Below, piece by piece: positions 35,962-45,373 of a stretch of DNA of 64,000 nucleotides. The position numbers were made by a program, and so were the translations under genes. Below the pieces are notes generated by a model. It was not told where the DNA came from. It saw only the letters and a list, made by a program, of their open reading frames with translations, and did no database searches. This DNA is from Candidatus Levyibacteriota bacterium (GTDB lineage: Bacteria; Patescibacteriota; Microgenomatia; Levybacterales; UBA12049), in the NCBI GenBank assembly GCA_038205015.1, contig JBBRCK010000003.1, positions 2,527 through 66,526 on the forward strand, in the 5' to 3' direction. Position 1 is the stretch's first letter. Each line of letters begins with the position of its first letter.

Positions 35962-36035
35962 TACCAGGGGTGAGATTCGAACTCACGACCGCAAGGATAT
36001 GAATCTTGTGCTCTAACCAACTGAGCTACCCTGGC
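35962..36035 (-). tRNA. tRNA with anticodon CAU (elongator Met or lysidine-type Ile2)
   Basis: Acceptor GCCAGGG/CCCTGGT (G1-U72), D GCTC..GAGC, anticodon loop TTCATAT, T-arm GTGAG-TTCGAAT-CTCAC. Confidence 0.8.
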
Positions 36036-36096
36036 TCGCAATTATTTTAACATTTACTTCAAATTGAAGCAAATTTGTGCTATAATAGTAAAACGC

Positions 36097-36385
36097 GCGG
36101 GGTAGTGTACAGTGCACGTGAGGCTTAATAAAATGGGCCGTTTTGATAGTAATATTAAAAATGAACTTGGCTATATCGGTGAACTCCTGATTAAATCAGG
36201 ACAATACCGAGGGAAGTCCTTAAAAAAGACCCCGTAGAGACTACACGCCGAGCTCCCCAATTTAATTGGGGATGATGATATAGTCCGACACTCTAAGTAA
36301 TTGGAGAAACAGTGCATAATCTCACAGGCTAGGCGCAACTCCTAGCCCCGCAACAAGTTAACCCACTTCGAAAGATGTGGGTTTT
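36097..36385 (+). ncRNA. Candidate structured ncRNA (~290 nt), identity unresolved (RNase P RNA-like GAGGGAAGUCC element but not confirmed)
   Basis: Extended -10 TGcTATAAT at 36078-36086. 5'/3' closing helix GCGGGG/CCCCGC. Several perfect hairpins: CCCCAAUU-UAAUUGGGG, GGCUAGG-CGCAACU-CCUAGCC, UCCUGAUU-AAA-UCAGGA. Intrinsic terminator at 36361-36386. No ORF of 60 aa or more. Confidence 0.35.
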
Positions 36386-36387
36386 TA
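36361..36387 (+). terminator. Rho-independent terminator (ACCCAC-ttcgaaagat-GTGGGT + TTTTT) ending the candidate ncRNA just before murD
   Basis: Hairpin plus T-run. Confidence 0.55.
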
Positions 36388-36395
36388 TTGTATAA

Positions 36396-37712
36396 TTGCC
36401 ATTAATGAACTTAAAAGATAAAAAAATTGCAGTAATCGGAGAGGGAGTAGAGGGGCTTTCTTCAAAAAAATATTTAGAAAGTAAGGGCGCAATTGTCACA
36501 ATTCTAGATAAAAAACAAGGCGATGATTATCTTCAAAACCTGAATGAATATGATTTAGTTATAAGAAGCCCCGGAATAAAATTAGAGCTTTTAAAAGATG
36601 TTTCTCAAGAAAAAATAACGTCACAAACAAAACTTTTTTTTGATCTTTCTCCTGCAAAAATTATCGGAGTAACAGGAACAAAAGGAAAGGGAACCACTTC
36701 TTCTTTAATTTACGAAATGCTAAGAAAAGAAGGTTTTGATGCGTATCTAGGAGGCAATATTGGTGTTTCTCCATTTGAGTTTTTGGATAAATTAAATGTT
36801 CACTCAGTTGTGGTCTTAGAGTTGTCGAGTTTTCAGTTAATTGATTTAGAAAAAAGTCCAAATATTGCAGTAATGTTAATGACAACTTCAGAGCATTTGG
36901 ACTGGCATAAATCACAAGAAGAATATCTTACTGCCAAAAGAAATATTTTAAGATTTCAAAAAGAAGAAGACATTGCAATTATTAATAAAGACTATTTGGC
37001 AAGTCGGGAATCGGACGTAGAGACAAACGGACAGGTTTACTATATTAGTAGAGAAGAAGAAGTAAATAGGGGATGTTTTGTAAAAGAAAACGCGGTTTGG
37101 ATGAGAACGGGTGATTTGGAAGAGAAAGTAATTAATACTCAAGAAGTATTAATTCCCGGTGCTCATAATCTGGAAAACGTTTGCGCTTCGGCTCTCGCCT
37201 CGTTTTTGGCAGGAGTTCAGATTCATAATATTACTCAAGTTTTAAAGACCTTTAAGGGCTTAGAACATAGACTTGAATTAATCACAACAATTAAGGGTGT
37301 TAGATACTTTGATGATTCGTTTTCAACCACGCCTGAAACCGCAATCGCGGCAATAAATGCATTTAATAATCCCGAAATTTTAATATTGGGAGGTTCATCT
37401 AAAAATTCGGATTTTAAAGTTTTGGGAGAAGCTATCTCAAACGCTACAAATATAAAGGCAATTATTGGGATTGGAATTGAGTGGCCAAGAATAAAAGCAG
37501 AAATCAAAGAACCAAGGTCTGAAATTTACTTTATAGAAGGTGCAGATAGTATGGAGAAAATAGTGGTTGCGGTTTCAAAATTAGCAGTTGATGGCGATGT
37601 TGTTCTTTTGTCTCCAGCTTGTGCGTCTTTTGATATGTTTAAAAATTACAAAGAAAGAGGCGAACAATTTAAAAGAGAAGTCCTGCTCTTAAAAGAAAAT
37701 GAGTCAAATTAG
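36396..37712 (+). CDS. murD: UDP-N-acetylmuramoylalanine--D-glutamate ligase
   Basis: Rossmann N-term KKIAVIGEGVEG, Mur ligase P-loop GVTGTKGKGTTSS, size 438 aa. Confidence 0.85.
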   Translation: MPLMNLKDKKIAVIGEGVEGLSSKKYLESKGAIVTILDKKQGDDYLQNLNEYDLVIRSPGIKLELLKDVSQEKITSQTKLFFDLSPAKIIGVTGTKGKGTTSSLIYEMLRKEGFDAYLGGNIGVSPFEFLDKLNVHSVVVLELSSFQLIDLEKSPNIAVMLMTTSEHLDWHKSQEEYLTAKRNILRFQKEEDIAIINKDYLASRESDVETNGQVYYISREEEVNRGCFVKENAVWMRTGDLEEKVINTQEVLIPGAHNLENVCASALASFLAGVQIHNITQVLKTFKGLEHRLELITTIKGVRYFDDSFSTTPETAIAAINAFNNPEILILGGSSKNSDFKVLGEAISNATNIKAIIGIGIEWPRIKAEIKEPRSEIYFIEGADSMEKIVVAVSKLAVDGDVVLLSPACASFDMFKNYKERGEQFKREVLLLKENESN

Positions 37713-38874
37713 CTTTAAAATAGTCAAAAAAGATAAAAAATTAAAAATGAGAGCGGGAATAATTTCTACGCCCCACGGAGATATTGAAACGCCAATTTTT
37801 ATTCCGGTTGGAACAAATTCTTCTGTAAAATCTGTTAGTCCTCGTGACCTAAAAGAAATGGGTGCCCAAATAATTCTTTCAAACACCTACCATTTACATC
37901 TTCGGCCTGGCGAGGATTTAATAAAAAAGTTCGGAGGGCTTTCTAAATGGATGTCTTGGGGTGGTCCTACAATGACAGATTCAGGTGGGTTTCAGGTTTT
38001 TTCTTTAGGAATTGGCTTAGAGCACGGGGTTGGAAAACTTTTAAGAGAAGAGGAGGGAGAAGCAAAGCCAAGGCTTAATAAAATAACACAAGAAGGAGTA
38101 ACATTTCAATCTCATTTAGACGGGAGCAAGCAATATTTATCACCTGAAGTTTCAATTGCGATTCAAGAAAAAATTGGAGCTGATTTAATTGTTTCTTTTG
38201 ATGACTTAGAATCTCCTAAATATAATCACAAAGAAACAGAAAAGTCTTTGGATTTAACAGAGGATTGGTCACTTCGTTCAATTGCCGCTCACAAAAGAAA
38301 AGATCAATTATTATATGGCGTAACGCATGGGGGAAGCTTTGAGGATTTAAGGGTAAAATCTGCCAAATTTATCGATGAAAACTTTGATGCAATTGCTTTG
38401 GGAGGTGCTCATAAAAATAAACAAGATATGAGTAAGATTGTTGAATGGACAATTGCCAATGTGTCGGATGAAAAACCTCGGCACATGTTGGGAATTGGGG
38501 AAGTGGACGATATTTTTGAGCTGATTGAAAGAGGAATTGACACTTTTGACTGTGTTATTCCAACTAGAATTGGAAGAACTGGATATTTCTTTGTTTCTCC
38601 ACCACAAGGAAATACTAAAAATAGATTCAGAATGGATATTAATAAACCTCAGTTTAGAACCGACCCAAAACCCTTGGATAAAAACTGCAGTTGCTATACT
38701 TGTCAGAATTTTACACGCGCATATCTTTTTCATTTATTCAGAAATAGAGAGCTTTTGGCATACAGCTTAATTAGTACTCATAACGTTCATTTTTTAGTAA
38801 ATTTAACAAAACAAATAAGAAAGGTAATTCTTGAGGATAAATTTCAAGCACTTAAGAAAAAGTGGTTGGTGTGA
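37699..38874 (+). CDS. tgt: Queuine tRNA-ribosyltransferase
   Basis: TPIFIPVGT, DCVIPTRIGRTG, zinc site CSCYTCQNFTRAYLFHL. Confidence 0.9.
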   Translation: MSQISFKIVKKDKKLKMRAGIISTPHGDIETPIFIPVGTNSSVKSVSPRDLKEMGAQIILSNTYHLHLRPGEDLIKKFGGLSKWMSWGGPTMTDSGGFQVFSLGIGLEHGVGKLLREEEGEAKPRLNKITQEGVTFQSHLDGSKQYLSPEVSIAIQEKIGADLIVSFDDLESPKYNHKETEKSLDLTEDWSLRSIAAHKRKDQLLYGVTHGGSFEDLRVKSAKFIDENFDAIALGGAHKNKQDMSKIVEWTIANVSDEKPRHMLGIGEVDDIFELIERGIDTFDCVIPTRIGRTGYFFVSPPQGNTKNRFRMDINKPQFRTDPKPLDKNCSCYTCQNFTRAYLFHLFRNRELLAYSLISTHNVHFLVNLTKQIRKVILEDKFQALKKKWLV

Positions 38875-38886
38875 TAATATAAAAGC

Positions 38887-39861
38887 ATGAGTAAAGTTGT
38901 TTTTTCAGGAATTCAGCCATCGGGAAATTTGCATATTGGAAATTATATCGGTGCAATTTCGCAGTGGGTGGCAATGCAAAATGAAAGGGATAGTATTTTT
39001 TGTATTGTTGATTTACACGCCATAACTGTTCCTCAGGATCCAACTAAGTTAAAAGAAAAAGTTTTGGAAGTCGCTGCTTTATATTTGGCCTGTGGAATTA
39101 ATCCTGAAAAATCACATATTTTTGTACAAAGCGAAAATCCAAATCATCCATATTTAGCCTGGATTTTAAACACTATTACTCCGTTTGGACAATTAGAGAG
39201 AATGACGCAGTTTAAAGATAAGGCAGAAAAGCACGAGGCAAATGCAGGGCTTTTTGATTACCCTGTGTTAATGGCAGCAGATATTTTGCTTTATCAAACC
39301 GATGAGGTACCGGTTGGTGAAGATCAAAAACAGCATATTGAACTAACCAGGGATTTAGCTGAGAAGTTCAATAGTAAGTTTGGCGAAACTTTTAAACTTC
39401 CAATTCCGGTTATCGGTAAAGAAACAGCCAGAATAATGAGCTTACAAGACCCGGCTTCTAAAATGAGTAAATCTGATAGCAATCCACTCGGAACAATAAA
39501 TTTATTAGATTCAGAGGATTTAGTTAAAGAAAAAATTAAAAAAGCTATTACTGATTCAGGTACTCAAATTTCAAGAGATCAAGGGTCAGAAGGGTTATCG
39601 AATCTTTTTAGTATATATTCTAGCTTTAAAAGTCAGACGTTAACAGATTCTTATATTGAATTAGAAGGAAAATCTTATGGAGAATTTAAAACTTTGCTAT
39701 CAAATCTAGTTTGGAAAGAATTATCAGAGATTCAAAATAAATATCAGGAAATAAGAGCTGATGAAGCAAAGCTTAGAAAAATTCTAGATGAAGGAAGAGA
39801 TTTTGCAATAGAAAAGTCTTCTCAAACCCTTGCTCAAGTTAAAGAAAAAGTAGGATTGTAA
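38887..39861 (+). CDS. trpS: Tryptophanyl-tRNA synthetase
   Basis: HIGN (HIGH) in FSGIQPSGNLHIGNYIGA, KMSKS. Confidence 0.9.
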   Translation: MSKVVFSGIQPSGNLHIGNYIGAISQWVAMQNERDSIFCIVDLHAITVPQDPTKLKEKVLEVAALYLACGINPEKSHIFVQSENPNHPYLAWILNTITPFGQLERMTQFKDKAEKHEANAGLFDYPVLMAADILLYQTDEVPVGEDQKQHIELTRDLAEKFNSKFGETFKLPIPVIGKETARIMSLQDPASKMSKSDSNPLGTINLLDSEDLVKEKIKKAITDSGTQISRDQGSEGLSNLFSIYSSFKSQTLTDSYIELEGKSYGEFKTLLSNLVWKELSEIQNKYQEIRADEAKLRKILDEGRDFAIEKSSQTLAQVKEKVGL

Positions 39862-39883
39862 GCTTTCTTTTGAGCCTCCCGTG

Positions 39884-39892
39884 TGTTATAAT
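39884..39892 (+). promoter_or_regulatory. Extended -10 promoter TGtTATAAT; predicted TSS within ~2 nt of ftsH ATG 39902 (leaderless or near-leaderless)
   Basis: gtgTGtTATAATttccgaactATG. Confidence 0.35.
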
Positions 39893-39901
39893 TTCCGAAC
39901 T

Positions 39902-41755
39902 ATGGCTAGCCTTAAAAGACCCAAGAAACTAAAGCACGTTAAAGTAAAAATGAAGCTTTCGTGGAAAAACATAATTATTTATGCTTTTCTAATTCTTTTT
40001 ACCGGATTTATATTTTTTGGCGCAAGTCAATCTTCAACTACCTCATTTGACCAGACTATAAAAACAGTACCGTTGTCTCAACTTATTAACGATGTAAAAA
40101 TGGGAAAAGCATCAACGATTAATGTTTATCCAAATAAAATAAGCGCACCCGAAAAAAGTATAACTTTAGAAAGTTTTAAAGAGGCAAATGCTGACGTTTA
40201 CCAACTTTTTAAAAATGCCGGAGTTTCTTTAGATAAAACAAAAGTTGTTATAAAAGATGAAACTAGCCTTAATAATTGGATAAATATACTCTCGGGAGTA
40301 CTCCCAATTGTTCTTATGGTTGCATTTTTTTACTTTATTTTCAGACAGGCAAGGGGAGCGCAGGAAAATATATTCTCTTTTGGTAAATCTTCGGCCAAGC
40401 TTTTTTCTAAAGATACTCCCAAAGTAAGTTTTGCCGATGTTGCGGGAGTTGACGAAGCAAAACAGGAATTAACAGAAGTAGTTGATTTTCTTAAAAACCC
40501 AGGAAAATATAAAGCTATGGGAGCAAGAACCCCAAAGGGAGTTTTAATGGTTGGTCCATCTGGAACCGGAAAAACTCTTTTGGCAAGAGCAACAGCCGGA
40601 GAAGCAGGAGTAGCTTTCTTTTCTATGGCAGGGAGCGAATTTATGGAAATGCTGGTTGGAGTTGGAGCATCGAGGGTAAGAGATTTATTTAATAACGCCA
40701 AAAAAGCTCAACCGGCAATTATTTTTATCGATGAAGTTGATGCAATCGGAAGACAAAGAGGTTCAGGTTTTATGGGCGGACACGACGAAAGAGAGCAGAC
40801 TCTAAATCAGATTTTGGTTGAAATGGATGGTTTTACTCCAAACGAACAGTTGGTAGTAATGGCAGCAACAAACCGACCCGACGTTTTGGATCCGGCCTTA
40901 GTTAGGCCCGGTAGATTTGATAGAAGAGTTGTTTTGGAGTTTCCTGATGTTAAGGGGAGAGAGGCAATTTTAGCAATTCATGCAAAAGGAAAGCCGTTTG
41001 AAAAAAACGTTGATTGGATAAAAATTGCCAAAAGAACAGTTGGCTTTTCCGGCGCTGATTTAGAAAACATGCTAAATGAATCAGCTATCTTGGCAGCACG
41101 TTTAGGTAAAAAAGAAATCGATATGAGCGATTTGGAAGAAGCCGCAACAAAAGTAAAATTGGGACCTGAAAAAAAGAGATTGCAATCAGACTTAGACAGA
41201 AAAATGACAGCTTATCATGAGGCGGGTCACGCTTTGGTTTCTTGGTTTATGCCAAATATGGACCCAGTTCACAGGATTTCAATTGTTTCAAGAGGAATGA
41301 GTTTGGGGCACACGATGATGGAGCCAATGGATAGAATTCATGAAACAAAGACCCATCTAATAGAAGAAATAGCGGTAATGCTTGGAGGAAGAGCGGCTGA
41401 AAATATAGTGTTTAAAGATATGACAACCGGAGCATCAGATGATATTGCTAAAGCAACAGAAGTCGCCCGGGCAATGGTGGTTGAATACGGAATGAGTGAA
41501 TTGGGCCCGATTAATTTAGACGGAGATAAAAGAAATCCTTACGAACAGTCGACAGTCTCACCAGATATGGCTTCAAAAATTGACGGACAAGTTAAGCAGC
41601 TTACAGATGAAGGCTATAGGCAAGCAGTGGAAATTCTTAAAAAATTAAGAACAAAACTTGATGTTTTAGCCGAAGAACTTTTAAAGAAGGAAACTTTGGA
41701 ATCGGAAGAATTTGAAAAGTTGATAGGCTTAAAACCTGCTCTTTTAACAGCTTAG
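39902..41755 (+). CDS. ftsH: ATP-dependent zinc metalloprotease FtsH (start at ATG 39902; track start 39881 would contain its own -10)
   Basis: AAA Walker A GPSGTGKT, SRH, HEAGHA zinc motif. Confidence 0.9.
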   Translation: MASLKRPKKLKHVKVKMKLSWKNIIIYAFLILFTGFIFFGASQSSTTSFDQTIKTVPLSQLINDVKMGKASTINVYPNKISAPEKSITLESFKEANADVYQLFKNAGVSLDKTKVVIKDETSLNNWINILSGVLPIVLMVAFFYFIFRQARGAQENIFSFGKSSAKLFSKDTPKVSFADVAGVDEAKQELTEVVDFLKNPGKYKAMGARTPKGVLMVGPSGTGKTLLARATAGEAGVAFFSMAGSEFMEMLVGVGASRVRDLFNNAKKAQPAIIFIDEVDAIGRQRGSGFMGGHDEREQTLNQILVEMDGFTPNEQLVVMAATNRPDVLDPALVRPGRFDRRVVLEFPDVKGREAILAIHAKGKPFEKNVDWIKIAKRTVGFSGADLENMLNESAILAARLGKKEIDMSDLEEAATKVKLGPEKKRLQSDLDRKMTAYHEAGHALVSWFMPNMDPVHRISIVSRGMSLGHTMMEPMDRIHETKTHLIEEIAVMLGGRAAENIVFKDMTTGASDDIAKATEVARAMVVEYGMSELGPINLDGDKRNPYEQSTVSPDMASKIDGQVKQLTDEGYRQAVEILKKLRTKLDVLAEELLKKETLESEEFEKLIGLKPALLTA

Positions 41756-41762
41756 GCGTAAT

Positions 41763-41791
41763 TGACATTAAAAAATATTGTCGATATATTT
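41763..41791 (+). promoter_or_regulatory. Sigma70-type promoter TTGACA-17-TATATT upstream of 41797 ORF
   Basis: ttgacattaaaaaatattgtcgatatatt. Confidence 0.4.
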
Positions 41792-41796
41792 AAATT

Positions 41797-42444
41797 ATGG
41801 TAAAGAAAGAATCTACGAAAATCACTGTTTTTTCCAAAAAAGAAGCGATTAATTTTGGTTTTGAAGTTTCCAAAGAGAATGTGCTTTTTTTCTTGAGTCT
41901 TTTTGTAGTTTGGGCATTTGTTGCAATTATCTCTTCCTCTATTCAGAATGCCTTAAATGCCAATAAGCAAGTTATTATTTCCTTTATATTCAGTCTGGCG
42001 ATGTGGGTTGTAAATTCAATAATTTCAATGGGGTTTATTAATATTGCTTTAGAATTTGTTGACAAGAAAAAGCCAGAACTTAAAGATATTTATTTCACTA
42101 AAAAAATATTTAATTATATTTTAGCCTCGTCTTTACGAACAATCATTACGGTTTTTGGCTTTATTCTTTTTATAGTTCCGGGAATTATCCTTTCAATAAA
42201 ACTTCAGTACTCACAGTATTTAATTGTAGATAAGGGCTTTGGCGTGGTTGACTCACTTAAGGGGAGTTGGGAAATGACCAAGGGTGTTAAGTGGAATCTT
42301 TTTCTCTTGGGTTTACTTTTAGGCCTTATCAACATTTTAGGATTATTATGCCTTCTAGTTGGACTTTTGATAACAGTTCCTCTTACTATGCTTGCCGAGG
42401 CTTATGTTTACAGGAAACTTCTTGCTCAGGTTAACCTCAAATAG
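41797..42444 (+). CDS. Hypothetical polytopic membrane protein (215 aa)
   Basis: 4-5 hydrophobic helices; no motif recognised. Confidence 0.4.
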   Translation: MVKKESTKITVFSKKEAINFGFEVSKENVLFFLSLFVVWAFVAIISSSIQNALNANKQVIISFIFSLAMWVVNSIISMGFINIALEFVDKKKPELKDIYFTKKIFNYILASSLRTIITVFGFILFIVPGIILSIKLQYSQYLIVDKGFGVVDSLKGSWEMTKGVKWNLFLLGLLLGLINILGLLCLLVGLLITVPLTMLAEAYVYRKLLAQVNLK

Positions 42445-42459
42445 GCTATAATCGGTTTT

Positions 42460-43371
42460 ATGAATAAACTTGTTCTAATAGACGGGAATGCCATAATTCA
42501 CAGAGCTTTTCATGCACTTCCTCCTTTAAATGCCAATGGCGGTACGCCTACCAACGCAGTTTACGGATTTTTTATGATGCTTTTTAAGGTAATTCAGGAC
42601 TTAAAGCCGGAATACCTAATAGTTTGTTTTGATAAGAAAGCACCGACTTTTAGAAAACAAATGTATGTTGGATATCAGGCTAAAAGACCAAAGATGTCTG
42701 ATGATTTAATTCCACAAATTGATATCGTCCACAAGGCGCTAGATAGGGCTAAGATTACTCATTTTGAAGTAGACGGATACGAAGCGGATGATCTAATCGG
42801 GACAATCTCTGTTGAGGCAAAAAAAGAAGGGTTGCAGACAATAATTGTTTCAGGAGATAGAGATTTGTTGCAGCTGGTAAACGATAGAGTTTTAATGCTG
42901 GCGCCAATTGTTGGAATTACAAAAATGATTCTTTTTGATGAAAGCAAGGTTAGAGAAAAATATGGTTTAAATCCGGAACAAATTGTTGACTATAAAGCCT
43001 TGGTGGGTGACCCATCGGATAACTATCCCGGAGTTACAGGAATTGGACCTAAAACCGCCAGCGGCTTACTGGCAGAATATCAAAGCCTGGAGAATTTATA
43101 CGCCAATATTTCCAAGCTTCCTCTAAAAATACAGGAAAAACTGGCTCAAGATGCAGAGCAGTCGGCGATGGCCAAAAGACTGGCTACTATTATTAAAGAT
43201 GCACCAATTACTTTTAAAAAAGAAGAGGCACAGGCTAATAAAATGGATCAAGAGGCTTTAAAAAAAGTTTTCGAAGAGTTAAACTTTAGAAGTTTGCTAA
43301 CCAGATTTCCAAACACCGAGGAAGTTAAGGTAGAAAAAAAGAAAGATGATACCCAACTTGGTCTTTTATGA
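42460..43371 (+). CDS. 5'-3' exonuclease (Pol I N-terminal/FEN-like, stand-alone)
   Basis: LVLIDGNAIIHRAFHALPPL, SGDRDLLQL, GDPSDNYPGV H3TH. Confidence 0.85.
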   Translation: MNKLVLIDGNAIIHRAFHALPPLNANGGTPTNAVYGFFMMLFKVIQDLKPEYLIVCFDKKAPTFRKQMYVGYQAKRPKMSDDLIPQIDIVHKALDRAKITHFEVDGYEADDLIGTISVEAKKEGLQTIIVSGDRDLLQLVNDRVLMLAPIVGITKMILFDESKVREKYGLNPEQIVDYKALVGDPSDNYPGVTGIGPKTASGLLAEYQSLENLYANISKLPLKIQEKLAQDAEQSAMAKRLATIIKDAPITFKKEEAQANKMDQEALKKVFEELNFRSLLTRFPNTEEVKVEKKKDDTQLGLL

Positions 43372-44465
43372 AAGTTGCAATTGTTCATGATTATATAAAA
43401 GAATATGGGGGAGCAGAAAGGGTGCTTGAGGCTTTATCTGAAATTTATCCAAACGCGCCAATTTATACTGCATTTTGCGATGAAAGTTCAACCGCTTATG
43501 AGCATTTTAAAACCAGGCAAATTATCTCTTCTTGGTTTAACTATGTTCCATTTGCTTCAAAATTAGCCTCACCCCTTCGGTTTTTAACTCCTCTTATTTG
43601 GGGCAGTTTTAATTTTTCTAAATATGACGTAGTTATTTCATCTGCCAGTTGGTATATAACCAAAGGATTCAAAAAAAATGGAGATAAACTTACCGAAATT
43701 TGTTATTGTCATACTCCTCCGCGTTGGCTATACGGATATTCAACCAGTGTTAACTTTCAAAAATATAAGCTTGTAAAAATATATGCTGCAATTGTTGGGC
43801 ATTTTTTAAGACTTTACGATTTTGAAAGAGCACAAAAAGTCGACTATTTTATTGCAAATTCAAAAGAAGTTGCGGCTAGAATTGACAAGTTCTATCGAAA
43901 ACCATCAATTATCATTTATCCGCCGGTTTCTTTACCAAAAGTTGAGCACGTTGAAAAAAGCGATTATTACTTTATTGTTTCTAGAATTGTTGGGGCAAAG
44001 GGCTTGGAGTTGGCAGTTGAAGCGGCAGTTAGAGAAGGATTTAAGTTAAAAATTGCCGGTTCTCCGGCAGGATATTATTTTGAACACAATAAGTTAGTTA
44101 AAAAATCAAAGGGAAAGGTTGAATTTTTAGGACAAGTTAGCGATGAGGAGTTGGCAAAACTTTATAAAGGTGCAAAGGGTTTTTTGGCTTTGGCAAAAGA
44201 TGAAGATTTTGGCATAACGCCGGTTGAAGCAATGCTTTCAGGCACTCCAGTTGTTGCTTTTAATGGCGGGGGATATAAAGAAACAGTAGTTGACGGAAAA
44301 ACAGGAATAATATTTAATGATTATTCAATTGATGGGTTAATTACGGCTATTAAAAGGCTTGAGAACACAAAAATTGATCCTCAAAATTGTATTGGACAAG
44401 CGCAAAAGTTTTCTAAAGAGAGATTTAAAAGAGAAATAAAAGAATTTGTTGAAAAACATGCCTGA
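43368..44465 (+). CDS. Glycosyltransferase family 4
   Basis: EDFGITPVEAMLSGTPVVAF (E-x7-E GT4 motif). Confidence 0.8.
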   Translation: MKVAIVHDYIKEYGGAERVLEALSEIYPNAPIYTAFCDESSTAYEHFKTRQIISSWFNYVPFASKLASPLRFLTPLIWGSFNFSKYDVVISSASWYITKGFKKNGDKLTEICYCHTPPRWLYGYSTSVNFQKYKLVKIYAAIVGHFLRLYDFERAQKVDYFIANSKEVAARIDKFYRKPSIIIYPPVSLPKVEHVEKSDYYFIVSRIVGAKGLELAVEAAVREGFKLKIAGSPAGYYFEHNKLVKKSKGKVEFLGQVSDEELAKLYKGAKGFLALAKDEDFGITPVEAMLSGTPVVAFNGGGYKETVVDGKTGIIFNDYSIDGLITAIKRLENTKIDPQNCIGQAQKFSKERFKREIKEFVEKHA

Positions 44466-45321
44466 ACTTCCAGAAGTTGAAACATTAAAATTAGGTCTTC
44501 AGAAATACCTTGTTGGTAGAAAAATTGAAGATATAAAAATCCTCGTGCCAAAAATATTTCAAGGAAATACAAAAGATGTAATTGGCGCAAAAGTTGTTGA
44601 TATTAAAAGAGTAGGCAAGGGTTTAATTGTTGAGCTTGATAATGATTTTGATTTAGTGGTGCATTTAAAAATGACTGGTCAAATGATTTATCGGGGAAAA
44701 GAAACTAAGAATGTCGTTTTGTCCAAAAAAGCCGGTGGAGAAGTTCCCTCAAAATATAGTCACGTAATATTTTTTCTAGATAAAGATGCAAAACTTTATT
44801 ATAACGACCTGCGTCGATTTGGTTATATTAAGGTAATTAAAAAATCGGAAGTAAAAAGTTTGCCATTTTTTAAGGAAATGGGTCCGGAGCCTTATAATAA
44901 CCCGGATTTTGGTCAAAAAACTTTAAGCTTAAAAGGTTTCCAGTCAGTTTTAGAAAAAAGCGGACTGCCGGTAAAAGTAATTTTAATGGATCAGAAAAAA
45001 ATTGGAGGAATCGGCAATATTTATGCTAACGAAGCTTTGTTTTTGTCTAGTATTAATCCAAAAAGAAAAGCAAAAGATGTAACTAAAGACGAAATAGCTT
45101 TGCTTTATAAGTCAATTTATAAGGTTATTGATAAGGGACTTCGTTTCGGTGGATCTTCGGATGAAAATTTTGTGAATGTTTTAGGACAAGATGGTCAGTA
45201 TCAACAGTATTTTTTAGCCTATGGTCAAGAAAAGGAAAAGTGTTCAATTTGCGGAGGAATCATCGAAAAAATTCAATTAGGAAGCCGTGGTACCTACTTT
45301 TGCCCCAAGCACCAAAAATAA
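44458..45321 (+). CDS. fpg: Formamidopyrimidine-DNA glycosylase (Fpg/Nei family); start at MPELPEV (Pro2 catalytic)
   Basis: MPELPEVETL, H2TH, C-terminal zinc finger CSICGG...CPKHQ. Confidence 0.85.
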   Translation: MPELPEVETLKLGLQKYLVGRKIEDIKILVPKIFQGNTKDVIGAKVVDIKRVGKGLIVELDNDFDLVVHLKMTGQMIYRGKETKNVVLSKKAGGEVPSKYSHVIFFLDKDAKLYYNDLRRFGYIKVIKKSEVKSLPFFKEMGPEPYNNPDFGQKTLSLKGFQSVLEKSGLPVKVILMDQKKIGGIGNIYANEALFLSSINPKRKAKDVTKDEIALLYKSIYKVIDKGLRFGGSSDENFVNVLGQDGQYQQYFLAYGQEKEKCSICGGIIEKIQLGSRGTYFCPKHQK

Positions 45322-45373
45322 TTATTGATTTTTATAAGTCTTATTGTTAGTATAAGCTGCTGGCAATTAATAA

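Noticed and set aside
36097-36385. Considered tmRNA or SRP RNA identity for the structured RNA
   Set aside because: No T-arm GGTTCGAnTCC, no CCA-proximal acceptor, no Ala-ending tag frame, and no GGAAGCAGCC SRP domain IV motif; left as unresolved ncRNA.
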